Positions 1 through 13,273 of a stretch of 64,000 nucleotides of DNA are shown here, piece by piece (position 1 is the first letter of the stretch; the number at the start of each line of letters is the position of its first letter). The stretch lies in assembly GCA_036172245.1 (NCBI GenBank), contig JAYWIR010000052.1:930001-994000 (forward strand), written 5' to 3'. A program made the position numbers and the translations under genes. Under the pieces are notes generated by a model. That model ran no database searches. It was not told the origin of the DNA and worked only from the letters and a program-made list of their open reading frames with translations. Source of the stretch: Raillietiella orientalis. Its lineage: Eukaryota.

Positions 1-1261
1 TTGTACGAATCCGCGTTATGCCGCATAGGAAATCGCCAACACCGGCGTCGGCGGACTCCCATCTTCCAGTAAAGCACGAGTCGAGACGCGCGAATGGCCG
101 AAGGGAACAAAACGTCGAGAACAGTTGCCTTGGAGGGAGGCAGAAAGCGAATTCGGAACACCGAAAAGCTAGGGCGGCCCCCCCGGAACCCACCGGCAGT
201 GACTTGCCACATGGTGGCTGCACTTGGTAAGGGGACTAGGGCTGATGCTCTTTGTTTGTGGGTACTTTGGCTGTTGGGTTGTTTCGAGTTCTTGATGTCC
301 TCAGGAGCTCTTTCAGCGCTCCGGATCGGCAGCCTTTCGATCGCAGAGGGCTGCTGCATGTGACCCTGCAGGTCGCGGGTTGACGCGCTTCTTAAGTGGC
401 CACAATGAGGACGGCAAAGAGGCGAATCGGCTCGCCGACTTCGGTCCCTGGCGTCATTCTTTATTAGCCAATAGCGATACGAACCTTCGGCATCACGTCA
501 TCATCGTTTTCCAAAACTTCTAGGAGATTTCCCGAGGTGGTAGGAAAGGTTTTTTTCCGCCTCCCCTTCCTCGCTCTTTTGCTCCCCTACGCGGCACGTG
601 GGAACCCTTGCGCGCCGATGCCCCAGGCGATGCGGCGATTATCCTTCTCCCAAAGATGGCAGCACGGCAGGCGCTTCGGAGGCGCCGGAGATCGCGTGGC
701 GGCGGACCGTCCGCGAAAATCGAAACGGATCGGCCTGGAAAAAACAACGCTCGCACGTGCCTTGGCTTGCCAGCACGGGAAACGCGCGCGCGCGCGCGAG
801 TGACTTTGCGAGTCGAACTTCGCTTTCGCCTCTGCGACGAGCCCGCTGAAGAGAGGTCGCGTGTCAGCCGCTTGCGCAACCGCACCGCCTGCGGCGATAC
901 GGTTGCGGAGGTGAGAAATTCGGTTCACTTGAACCCGGAGGGAGGTTCGGAACTGGGAGCTGTTTATGCTGAAGAATCGTGGCACCTTCTGGACTCGTTC
1001 TTCGATCGTGCTCCCCTCGACGAGTGACCCTCGCGCCACGGAACAGGATGCCCTCCAGAACAACCCTTTCGTCGCAAGGGACTCGGTTTGTCCATCACAG
1101 GTCTATTCGCTTTCAATATGGAGGAAACGCATGATCTGCGCTCTCCACAGGAGCTTCACGAAATCCGCTTCTCTCTTCCCTGCCAAAGGTCAAAAACGCT
1201 TTTTTGTCTGGCAAAAAAATAAAAGGGGGGATTTTTTTTTTTTTCGCGCTTCGTGTTGAAA

Positions 1262-1510
1262 TCGAATCAGACGCCATGGGTTTCCGTAGCATCCGACGTT
1301 TCCGAGAGTGAGTCTGAAAGGGACAGTCCCTGAGGTCACGGCACAGAACAGCTGGACCCAGCCTGCTTGCAACGGATGAGGCAGACAGTGTCTCTCGCCG
1401 CTCCAGATTGGTCCAGCTCTTCGGGGATCTTCAGAGACCCAGGTTCCGAACCGAGCAACCTTTCGAAAAGCTTACTAGGTTGCGCCTGGAGTTGCCTACC
1501 AACACTTAAA
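1262..1510 (-). mobile_element. Degenerate LINE reverse transcriptase fragment upstream of the innexin last exon (intronic)
   Basis: Minus-strand peptides PSKLFERLL...DQSG and TLGNVGCYGNPWRLIRF resemble the LINE RT segments SKxFERxL and KLxxxGxxGxxLxxIxSF, in the correct order but frameshifted. Confidence 0.45.
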
Positions 1511-1860
1511 GAGGGGTTGCCCCCCATCCTCGCGGTGCCACGTCCCCCCCCCCCTTCTCGGTGGGGAGGGAGGGGGAGAGCGCGTGAACCGACGCCTGCA
1601 GGAATGGAGGTTTCCGGTCATGGGAGGGCAGGAGACGCAGGGGGTCCGGTGGGTCGTACTGGTTGGCGGCGTTCCACGCCGAGCCGCAGCGAAGGCGAAG
1701 GAAAAGGACGGCCGGGCGCGCCGCTCACCAACGCGTTCGCGGAGCTGCGCTCAAAGACGGAGAGGCGCGCGGGCGAAGAGTCTTCTAGAAAACGCGGGCG
1801 TTTTCTTTCTTGCGAGCGCACATTGCGCTGCACAGCATGAAAAGTGTTCTTGAATTCCAG

Positions 1861-2375
1861 GTCAGATGTTTCTCATGGATAAATTTTTCGACGGCGCCTT
1901 CTTGACCTTTGGATTGGACGTGATTGCTTGGGGAAGCATTGACCAGGAAGACAGAGTCGACCCCATGATCCTCATCTTTCCCCGGATGACCAAGTGCACT
2001 TTTCACATGTTCGGTCGTTCTGGAGAGACTGAACGACACGACGCCCTCTGTATCCTGCCCTTGAACGTGGTCAACGAGAAGATCTACATCTTCTTGTGGT
2101 TTTGGTTTCTGGCCCTCGGGCTGCTGACATTGCTGGTGCTGTTTTGGCGAGTCGTCATCATCATCAGCCCGCGCATGCGCGCTTACCTCTTCGGCATGCG
2201 CTTTCGGCTCGTGAGCAAGGACGTCATCAGCACGATAGTGAGGAAGTCTAAGATGGGAGACTGGTTCCTTCTGTACATGCTGGGACAAAACATAAATTCG
2301 CTCATCTTCAGGGACATAGTGCACGATCTGGCCAAGAAACTGGGTTATGCTGGAAAAGATTATGGAGACCCTTGA
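1861..2375 (+). CDS. shakB: Innexin, shaking-B-like, terminal coding exon (upstream exons not identified in this window)
   Basis: Acceptor ttccag ends at 1860. Peptide [18 protein letters not shown]...[19 protein letters not shown]...[24 protein letters not shown]...[16 protein letters not shown]...[12 protein letters not shown] closely follows the arthropod ShakB C-terminal half. TGA at 2373-2375. Confidence 0.9.
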
Positions 2376-4499
2376 GGGAGCATTGTGAGTTTCCATGATC
2401 AACACAGCACAGAGTGCGTTTTTTTTTCTTCTCTCTCTTTTTTTTTTTTTTTTGCCCCACCCCCACCCCCCACTCTCCACCCTCAGCCAGGATTTGTTGC
2501 CACTGTTTAGACGTTTCTCTCTCCCCGGACAGAGTATCCATCTTCTATGAATAGTAGATTTCTTCTGCCATTGTCTGTTACTCATAGAAGGGAGTGAATC
2601 CAGAAAGCAAATCAGTGTTGATCTGGAATTATTGTTACCGTTTCTCTGTTATGATTGAGGAGTATTTTGAGCAAACCAGAGATATTTCGAATAAACAAAT
2701 CATTCTTGATCGAGTTTTTCTTCCTCCCCCTTTTTCCTTTTGCTTTTCACATTCCGTGGGCGCGTTGGCTTTCTCCATAACACGCAGCCGACGACAGCAA
2801 AGACAAAAAAAAAAAGGGGGGGGAGGGGGGAAACGAGGGACCTCGTGTGTGCTGGTCCGACCGGCAGCATCTCTCCTCGATGCCTTGCACGTCTTTTGTC
2901 CCGTTGGTTTCCAAGCGCCTCCTCCTTGAGCAGGAAGTTACGCGCACAGCAACGTGCGCCTGGGGAAAAAGTCACACACGTCCGCCGCTTGCTCGTGGAC
3001 ATTTTGGTTGTTCTACGAGGGTGCCGAGACCGCGACGAGGAAGCGTTTTCCTTTTTTTCCTTTTTTTTTTCACTGCAGCCCTGACTGTGTACAGCGGGCG
3101 TCCTGGGGACTGGTACGAGGGAAGCGGCGAACAGCGAAGAAAAACTGCCACCATTTTTCAGATGTATTTCTCGAAATTTTTGAAATTTTTTCTCTGAAGT
3201 GTGTGCTGCCGGTTTCCACGATGACCCCTTACAACACGCAAACACGAGTGCTCCAAAATAAATACCCTTGGAATGATGTGTTCAGTGTTTTTTTCTTTTC
3301 TATTTTTCTTTCTTTCGAGTGTTCCCTATTTGCTACTGTTGGGATAGATCTATTTTTAACTCTCTCTCTCTCTCTCCCTTGACCCCCAGCTACGGAAACC
3401 ACAGCTCTTTCGAGATGAAATAATGAGAGGATTCTTCTGACGAGAAGTAAATTTTTCATCTTGGGTGTCTCTTTTAAGAGAATGGGTTCCTAATCTGCGA
3501 GGAAAAAAAGAGAAGGGGAAAAATGTTTTCGGAAATGGGAATCTCAATGGTGAGACTGCTCAGGGGATGGGAAATATTCATGCTTCCACGAGGTAAGCGG
3601 CGACCAGGGGGAATAAGAAACGCTTTTTCCCTTTGACGATTTCAGCCCTGCCTTGTGCTGAGGCTGACGCAGTCGGTGCTCATGGCGGCGAAATACAAAA
3701 AAAAAACAAAGGAAAACAGCTCGTCTAGGTAAAACCGTCCACAGGCGGCAAAGGCAGGTGGACAAGCGTGCAGGGCTGCTGTTGGTCTGCGACTCGCGGC
3801 CACCTTCACGTCCGGTTCCTCAACTCCTCCCGTCGTCATCACCCAAGCAGTTTCCAAGTCAACGATCAAGGCGCCGAAGCAATTCCAAGAGTTGCCTCTT
3901 GCTTTCCTCGTCTCTGGACATAAACACGTGAACGAAAACACATGTGGTAAAGGAAGGCGACGCAAAATGAGAAAAGTTCGCGCTTGCATTGCCGGGGTCA
4001 TTAATCTTGAAATGCAGATATTGGCAAATAAGAACAGAAAAATCTTCGAAACCAAAGAAGAAAAAAACAAAAATCGGCATTCAAATTCAAAGGAGGACAA
4101 ACATCTACGGAGTCTTGAGAATTCAGAGAGAGGGTGAGTACTGGAAAAACGGAAAGCGGGTCAGCGGTGTAGACAGTCACTAATGGAAACCACTTGAAAA
4201 CTTGAAACTCAGGGGTGCCAAAGGTGAGAATGGAAAGCGTTAAGTGAACAGAAATACTCCGAAAATTTTCGTAGAAACTCAGCTGCCAGCAGCAGCGTTT
4301 GCGGTGTCGCTTCATTTGTTTCGTAAACTGATCGTCTTGAATGAACACAGAACAGATCCGCATAATTTTCTCATGGAAATTAAAGTGATGCCGGAAATCG
4401 TCATGAAAATGGGAAACAAAAAGCTCCAAAAGATAAGTGAACTTTTTAACCAGTCACAAGAGGAGAGTGCCGGACAGAGATGCATCCAACACGACATTC

Positions 4500-5060
4500 C
4501 CAGGCATAGCACTGACAAACGAAACATTACCACTAAATCCAGGATCCTCCTTAAAGGTGGCACCAGATTTGACATGCTGGGCTATCGAATGCTGGGAATG
4601 TTGTTACCCTACGCATCCTTCAGGAAAATTCTGCAAAGTTATCTAGTTGAAAGACATTCACAGACGCAAGGATAGCGATATTTATGTACACCGGCTCAAG
4701 ATTCCTTCATTCCCATTTGCCAAACGAATGACTTTCAGACCTTACCTTACAGCAAGTATCTTCGACTCTACAATCACGGGAAACATCGACTATTGACGCT
4801 CTGATAGAAAGAAAGGTATGAGAGTCAGCAGATTTATGAAAATCAATGCAATCGGTCCCTCTATTCTTCGAGGTGAAAAGGAAGGAAGACGGACATGAAG
4901 CAGAATCGAAGGAAGCCTCGACAAGAGAATAGACAAAAGTATCTCACAGGATTTGTATTTGAGGAGAAACGTTTCTCCCGATGAAAAGGAACTGAAATTT
5001 CGTCAAACATGAAGAATTTTTAAATATGGATTTAGAATTGCAGTTTTCCGCGACGGAAAC
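4500..5060 (+). mobile_element. Possible highly decayed LINE RT remnant
   Basis: A frameshifted NDF(R)PYLTAS near 4730 and KYGFR near 5022 resemble the xYRPISL and QxGFR RT motifs. No continuous ORF. Confidence 0.3.
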
Positions 5061-7371
5061 TGAATCCAAGCTGGACACGATCAGGATAAGGAAGGAAACT
5101 CATACTACTCACGGCAAGCAATTGTGAACCCATGCTCATTATATCACAACTCAATTCAGCTTTCCGGTCTGAACACGTTATTTTGCTTTCTCATCTCAGT
5201 AACTACTTGGGTCTCATTATAAAATGCATGCACCTGATACCAAAAATCCCAAAAGATCATCAACTTCAAAATTGATCATTCTTTTTTGAGGAACTAAAGA
5301 GAATCCCTTTCCATAATTATTCCAAAAATTTTGAAAGCTCTTATGATGCTGCGTGTGTGCAGCCTGCAACCGCATCAGGAATTGCATGAAGAGCGAAGTT
5401 TTAAATTCCTCAGGATATGGTGTTTTGTAATTCATTCAGCCATTCAGGGAAGAAATAGTTACTCAGAAAAAGGGGGATACTTCGTTATGCCAATTTATAG
5501 GCGAGCAAAAAATTCAAGAAATTTCCTAATGTTTACTACTTATGACTTCAGAAACCTCAAGTGAAAAAGTAGGGGAAATGTAGTACAAGCGCTCTTTCTA
5601 TTTTTGAAAAATTAAGCAATCCATGTTTACGATGTATTTTGAAGGAATGCTTCCACCATAGAATCGAGGATCTTGGTTCGCTGAAGTAAAATGCATTTCT
5701 GCCATGACTGAATTCTGTCAGACTACTAAAGACACTTTAGATTATTGTGCAATCGAGAAATGAGTTCATTCTGCTAAATTATTCCCGTGTCCATGGATTA
5801 TCCAGCAGCAAAATGATGAGCAAAGAACACAAAAGACTCCTACAGTACTTTTTAGTAGACCAGAAGCAGCTGCACTGCATAGGTTTGCTCTATGGGGACT
5901 TGATATTACGAAATTAAGTTTGAAAATAAAATCAAGGATGAAACAAACGTTTGCTGTTTCTGTGGTTGAGAAACAAATTCCAAGGAAGCAATACTATCTT
6001 TATTGTAGAACTGGCAATTCCCAGTACTCCAAAAATTGAGTTGTAATTCTAATTCCTTTTGATTTAATGGGCACATGGTATTGTAAGGTAAAGTAATCCG
6101 TACCATTGAAAAAGCAAATCTGATACTTTTGACTAACGGGGCCAAAGGCTGTGAAAGAAACTGAAGGCTGCACTTTCATTTATTATAAATTACAAGTAGT
6201 CCGCTTATTTTATTTTATTTTTTTCTGTTTCGTTCTCATTCACGTATAAAGATCGAACGACATATAAATCACCATATAATTAATTACTACATAATACTTC
6301 AAGCGTTTCATATTTTTCATATCACATTATATTTTCATATGTTGAACTAAAAAATGCTGAACTGGAGATTATTTATTGTTAAGGGATCTCAATTCCGAAG
6401 TTCAAAGATAATATAGCGAGCAATATTTGGAGTTTTTAATTTGCAAGTCTGGGGATCGTCATCATTATTCATTAGTCATTATCATTTTACTGCTTTGAAT
6501 AACTCTTGCATTCAATACCACCTTATTAAGCTGTAAAATAAAACTGAAATCGTATGCTCAATATCGCAGATGTTTCGGAGATAATCGTAGAACCTGATAG
6601 TTACGATTTTCACTAAATTTTCGAGTATTAAATAAATATCTTAGCAAGGAAACGGTCCAACGTGCCAACACAAATGTAAGTAATACGCCGACGACTCGTG
6701 GTTCCTATATTTCTGGGTTTAATGCAAGAAGATCTGGCAATCTGCGTTGGTAATGCGTGCCTGCTGTGTACGGTCTCGTCTAGTAGTTTTCGTCGTAGGG
6801 GAATGATTTACTGCAGAAACCTTGCCAGCTCGCACTTGGTGAAGGTGAGAATGTAGTCCCAATTGATAAATTTGAATCGTAAGCTAGAGGTTCCATCATG
6901 TAATGAGCATTCATTGAGTAATATGAAAACAATGCTTTACTTATGTAAAATAAAACAGGCCAGAAAACATCGTTGCAGCACCGTAACTCACTTAATTCTC
7001 AATTAAGCTTCCGTAATGTACGTTAGGTTAATTTGCACCGCAGTAAAAAGTGTGCACCGATCGTGTTGCAACGCAGAATTACTGTTCAGGCTTCTAGAGT
7101 CAGATAAGATGAACAATTTTCACAAGATTTCATCAAAGTCTTGCGAAAACACGTCAGAATAGCATAATTGTTTTGAAAGTACTTGTGAAGATTAGTAAAA
7201 AAAATTCATACTCTGATGTGTGTGAATTGACATTTTCGTAGAAATTTGACATTTTGTGAAATTGTCCTTTAGCATGCATCTTAGATTGCCACATATCCCA
7301 CTACCATGGTAATCCAAGTCGGTATGATTCCTGGAAAATTACCCAGCTGAAATAACAACAAACAACCATAA

Positions 7372-8321
7372 ATGGAATCAGGAACACTGTCACCCTCGTA
7401 TATAAAAAAAAGGAAAGCCTTATTTAAACTGAAGTCTCCATCATGGAGAGAAATCTACAGAGAGGTAAGTGCATAGTGAAACTGTTTTGTAATATTCACC
7501 AGCTGATAGAAGTGCTTAAAACATATAAAAGCCAAGAGAGCTAACTTAATCAACCAGTGTAGAGGTATAAATTGTAGTAATGCATTTCAACATGAATCTG
7601 TTGTTCTGGATGTTATGGAAATTGAACTGGAACATATTTTGATTAAAGATGAAGCGGATTTTGTTAATAGAAGAATGAAGGAAAAAGCACAAAATGCATT
7701 GGAATATGATCTCAGTCAAGATAAACAAGACAGTTGCTATGGCTCTGGAGATGATGATGATGAAATGCAAGGGCTGATGAAAATTCATGAAGTAGATGAT
7801 GGCGAACTTCATATTCTTATGGAGAGAATAGAAAGAGAACTGCGGGAGGAGGGTATGTGAACCAGCTAACAGAGTGCAGGCTACTCCTTCTCTTCACAGA
7901 GCAACAGATAATAGAACACTATGAATCACTGCAGAAGTTTGACCAAGAAATGCTATGTCAAGCAGTGTACCAACTGAATACATTTGAGTTTCCATGCCCA
8001 TTGTGTTGCCACAGGCCACTGCAGCAACGACAGACTATCATTTACTGCTCATGTGGTTTATATATTGACCTTTGGGAGCCTGTTAGTTTGCAAGAAGTTA
8101 AGAGGCAACTAGATGAGACATTAACTTCTCATAATCATGTGTGTAGAGGAACCGTTAAATTCACAGCAACACGTGTGGACTCTGGGGAATGTCTGGATGT
8201 GCATGCTACTTGCCAGGTTAGCAAAACATCTTTATATAATCTTTTTGAAGAGACTGTCGAGCAGCAATGCTCTTTTAGGCACATCTTGTTTTGTTCTCCT
8301 TCTTTTGAAGATATGCTCTGA
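7372..8321 (+). CDS. RPAIN: RPA-interacting protein; exons 7372-7464, 7510-7852, 7900-8216, 8265-8321
   Basis: N-terminus KALFKLKSPSWREIYREKCLKHIKAKRANLINQCR, acidic middle region, and C-terminal zinc region CPLC...CSCG...HNHVC...CQQC. GT-AG introns of 45, 47 and 48 nt. Confidence 0.85.
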
Positions 8322-8323
8322 GT

Positions 8324-8844
8324 TCACTCATCGTCCTGCAGTCCATAGCAATCATGAAGCTCTTTTATAGTCAGCTCTTTGATGGTAGCCATTTTGCCCA
8401 GCAACATCTGTGCAGCATCCTTGATCTGGTTGTATTCATGCAATTTGGCAATGTAACACTGGAGATCATCTTCGCACAGCCCACTGGAACCACATAGATG
8501 ACATTCTTCCATATTCAGCGTACCTTGCTTCTAATTGGGTTATTTTTAGATCTAACTGTTGCTCCTTTTCTTCGAGAGCAGATAGCTTTTCTTCCAGCTG
8601 AACTGTGCGCCGATTTTCCTGGTATATGTTGATTATTAATTGAAATAATATTAATTTTTTGTTAATGTTGCACTCATCCTTCAAAATTAAAAGATGCTAT
8701 TTGCAAAATTAATCCATTACAAAGTGATGTTCATATTTATTGAATTTTTCCCCTCAAGTTTACCGTATTTTCTTTTGAAAATTTGGAAGTCAGTGGTGAT
8801 TTGAATGGTAGATTTGGCGACTGGCTTGGTTTTTTTGTGTTCAT
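8324..8844 (-). CDS. SWI5: DNA repair protein SWI5/SAE3 homolog; exons 8844-8764, 8618-8524, 8483-8324
   Basis: PFKSP motif in exon 1, a coiled coil, then the Swi5 core YIAKLHEYNQIKDAAQMLLGKMATIKELTIKELHDCYGL. GT-AG introns of 145 and 40 nt. Confidence 0.9.
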
Positions 8845-10417
8845 CTGCCTATGGAATGCTATGATTAAAACTGAAATATAAACACACACATTCATTTAAT
8901 TTGATACCCATACATTTGTATAGGTATATCAAATTAAACTGCTGAAATTTTCGTTTACAAGTACCTACTCAAATGAAAGAATTTTCTTAGGATGAGATCA
9001 TCTATTCAACATTACATGTAACTCCAAAACTATCAAACCATCATAATGTAGTAAAAGAGTTTTTTCTGCAGTTATCTGACTGCGACTGGTGTTTAAAATG
9101 TAATGACTTCCGACCAGGTTTAGACCAGGTCCGGAGAAACAAGACAATGCTGGTTTGCAATCAGAAAAACCTTTTTACGTTGTACCAATTTCAATGTTTA
9201 CCAAATCATGAAACCACATCGAAGTTGCGGCTAATCTAATTGTGGAGTAGCGGAGCTGCAAATTCGATTGGCAAATTGGAGCTCATGTGCCACACTTGAT
9301 GGTTTTACTTCATCCTGATACATTTATAAACACCATACCGTACCCCCCTAACCGAAAAAGAAGTATATCTGAAGATAGCTCCGTAAACACTTTCCTTTTG
9401 TGATAAGTGGTTACAACCGTTAATGGAAAGCTGTGTTCGCTCTGCAAGGTAATTTAATGGTACAAATGAAAATCGGAATTGACAATTTTCTTATACAGCG
9501 GAGGACGCAAAAACAAAGATACAGCAAATGTCTTCCCGGACATTAGGATAAGCCGATGCAATCTTCACGCGTGCATGGCTGTAGATGCACGCAGGCATAG
9601 CAAGTGGGTGTAACTGCAAGTGCAGAAGCTGTTGTTACCTTCGGTTTACGAAGCGTTTGCAATGATTATTCGTGATTTTGCCAATTCACTGTGCACGTGC
9701 ACTTTCAAATCCTTGTTCACGGTTCACATTGGATGCACTGCTCCGTACATCGCCCAATCACCGCAGGAACGCGACAGGGCAACACGTTCGGTGTTGCTTC
9801 TTTTAGGGATCAAGAATTAATAATTTCAAGAAATAATTTCTTGGGACGACCTTGGAATTTAGCAGTCTGCATAAAAGCACTTCGTGTGATTTGCTTTCGT
9901 TTCGATGCATTTTTCTCAAGATGACAGACAAAAAATACATGATTGTGGTTCGTGGGAAATTTTCAGTTTTGCAGAATCAAATCACAAAATAATTGGAATT
10001 AATAGATGTAGACCATCGTGTTGCTTTTTGCTCGCAATAAATACTTTATAAACTTCAAAGAAATGTTACGTGTGCCACTGCTGCTCGATATTTTCTGTAG
10101 AATGTTCCCACCTTTTTTGGTTATATGCTACATGTAAGAATGGTCATGGATGCACCTTTTTTTTTTTTTTGGCTAAACATTTCCTTTTGTATGAATTCCA
10201 ATGAGCTGTGAATACTTAAAAATGGATCTCCTCAGTCGAAATATCCACATTTATTAGATGCACAAAGCTGAATGATTTGGGTCGTGACATTTGGATTACT
10301 TTATTACATCTGTTACTATTTATGACTCATTTCCATGTGATTTTGAAAAAGAAGTAACATAAAAGCAGTCATGAGTACATCGACGGTATTCTTAGTGTTC
10401 GACTTGGGAGCCCTGCC

Positions 10418-13273
10418 ATGGAGCACTTGCACCACATGTACAGCATGCCACCAGAAGTGAAGAGGCGTCTTGCTCTGCTTGTTTACATTTCCAAGAAAAT
10501 TGTCCACCTAGGGTTTATGCCCATGGTTTTGTATTTAGGTAGGTTTCTGTTGTCATAAGTATTGGTTGAAACTTTCCTAATTTTTATGAACTGCCCTTCC
10601 GGAGGTCTATAATAAGAACTTGTATCCCTAATAGGATTGAAGAGAAAATTACTAAAGTAGAAATTTTTTAGCATAATGTGATGATGTGAAGATTTTATGC
10701 GTACCGTTTACTTGTTTTATTTAATGGGGTGCTGTAATTATGTATTTCCATTTGTAATATGGATGGTTGCTTTTCTTTTGGAAGTTTTTTTTCGCTTGCA
10801 CGAGAACACTCCTACGGTTTTGGTTTGCTCTTCCAGTAAGATTCGAATCTTAGGTGAAAGCACAAAATGCAATTATCATCATCATGTCCAGTAATTATCA
10901 TTCGTGAGTAAACTGGACTCCACGAGAAAATGAAGCTGTTAAAGCTTTTTTAGTAAATAGTGTTGTTTTTGAAACTTTGAAGTTGAATTTTTTTTTTCAA
11001 CAATGAAGGTTCATTTACAACAGTGCATATTCATTCGTTTACATTCGGTTATAAGTGAGAAGTCTTGCAGTATCTGACAATAGTGTTTGTACAACAAAAC
11101 AGTGGTGGAAGTGATCTGGAAAGTAGTTCGAAAGCCTGAAGCATTTTCTTGAAATGTTGAAAACAATTTATAGAAAAATGTTGAATCCGAAGCAAATAAG
11201 CTACAGTTATGTATTCAGCAACCTTTAAAAGGGAAGTAGAACACTAATTTTAGTTAATCTGGTGCTTTCTGTTAGGGATTGCTGCAGCTTCATTCGTGAA
11301 CGGGTGAATGTTACTACATGTTTGTTATTTAAAGACATTTTTGATTACGAAAGTGTGAATCAAAGCAAAATGTTAATAGCAAATCTCAAGTATGTATTTG
11401 AAAGAAGTGCAAAACAAAGAAAAACTGGAATTGACTTAAAAGAAGATATCAAAATATCAAGAGTTATCTTTTTGGAGTTGTTTGTCAGAAAATAAAATAA
11501 CTTAATCAATTATGGGTGCAATTCCCTCGAGAAGGACTCCAATGCCATAATGATTGGTGGAAATTTTGCCTTGAGAGTTTCAAATTTTTTTTTTTTTTTT
11601 TTTTCCCACTGAAGAAAACTGAATTAATCAGTCAACATGCATGCTGCGTACCTCATTGTTTTTTTGTCATTAAAATTTCGAGGGCTGATTTGAATCTAAG
11701 GCGTTAAGGATTTCCAAACAATTTTTCACATATCCTGTTCCCAACTGCAATATGAACTGTCTTTGCATTTCCACATTTAGCTGCATGCTTTGATCTCGGA
11801 GAATGATGATTGTTTTGAGTGAACTACACAACTTGAAGAAATTCCTAATTTGCTTAATTTCCTTGCTCATATTCATGAGAATCAGTAAAACAAGATTCCA
11901 TAATGTTTGAAATAGTACAGCTTGATTTCCTCATCTTAGCATCTGCTCATTTCTCATTCTTTTTGATAAGTATAATTCTGAAGTTTGTTCTGTATTGAAT
12001 ATTGACCTTTATGTTTACTTATAAAATGAATTTTCATTTGGAATGAGGTGTGAAAATATTATTTGTCTTGTAAGAAAGTGTAGTTTTTCAAAGTATGTAT
12101 AGCAATAATATTTGATCATGTAGTGCAGAATTTGTGCCATCATTTTGATTCCATTGTTCTACTTGAAGTTAATGAAAGTAGAATACTTGACCAGTGCTTT
12201 GCTAATAATAAAACAACTGCTGTCTTTGTAAATAACATTTGTCTTGAGTAAAGCTGCACAAAAGTGCTAATTGTTTTTATCAAAACATTTTTGAATAAGC
12301 TTTTGTTTACTTTTGTGATTTTAGGTTTCAGAAAAGGTGCTGAGCCTGGAATGCCAGCCATCACTTTATTAAAGTAAGATGTTTATTTCTGATTTTTTTG
12401 CTTTTCTGTTGTAATAGTTTAGAAAGCTTCTTTTGACTATTGTATTGATAATGGTTTTGTGTGAAGTTGTTGAGGATTCCTTTGATAAGCAGCTTGTTTA
12501 GGAGTGTGTGGAATTGTAGTTTATATATTAATCAAATGGTAGTGAATTTGTATCCAAGCATATAAAGGCATATGTTATAGTCATGTATTGATTGCATTGT
12601 AACCTGAGTGTATAAATGTCATATGTTATATGCATGAATTGCTTTTGTTCTTGAACTGTGCCATTTGCATATCAGTATGATGAGCAAGTAGCAGTTTACC
12701 TGATTAATTCTGAGCTGATGGCTCCTGATTTTCTCACACCAAACATTATAGGAAAATGTGTATAGCTGCTTTTCTCCTTTTTATGTGCTGAATTTTTGTT
12801 TTGCTAGTATTTTCATGATTTAGTCTTCTGTGCAATGTTTTTGTATTACTTCTCTTGTAGTTTGTCATGCAAAATGAGGAGAACTGGATTGTGATTTTAT
12901 AGAATACACTGTGTTACATATCTGAAGTAGTGAAACGGTTGAAATTTTGGAAGGTTTTAATTACAAGTTTCCAGTCTCTTGCATACCTTCACCAGTGTTG
13001 AAAATTTCATGGCAGCATATGTATTAGAAACTATCAAAAATTTAACAATCTAGTATCTTTTATTTTTGTATCCCACTATTTTTGATAAATCAAAAGAATT
13101 ATTTAATAAAATGAAAAATCATTCAGTGCTTAACAAAAGAAATGGAATGGGATTGTGTTATTATTTTTATGTACCTGATTATAATTTTTTTTGATTTCAT
13201 TTGATCTGATGAATGCATCCAAGACCTTGTATTGTTCTTTACATTTGTTTATTCCAGTTTACTGTGGCAGTAA
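10418..13273 (+). CDS. TOMM7: Mitochondrial import receptor subunit TOM7; exons 10418-10538, 12325-12373, 13258-13273 (start may be ATG 10436 or 10445)
   Basis: Not in the ORF track. Spliced product ...MPPEVKRRLALLVYISKKIVHLGFMPMVLYL/GFRKGAEPGMPAITLL/NLLWQ* carries the Tom7 signature HxGFxPxVLYLGFxKGAEPGMP...LLWQ. Splice phases are consistent. Confidence 0.92.

Noticed and set aside
1785..2585. 266-aa minus-strand ORF
   Set aside because: Antisense shadow of the GC-rich innexin exon.
12861..12894. Alternative TOM7 last exon after ttgtag (would end NLSCKMRRTGL*)
   Set aside because: Loses the conserved LLWQ terminus and has no support beyond an AG.
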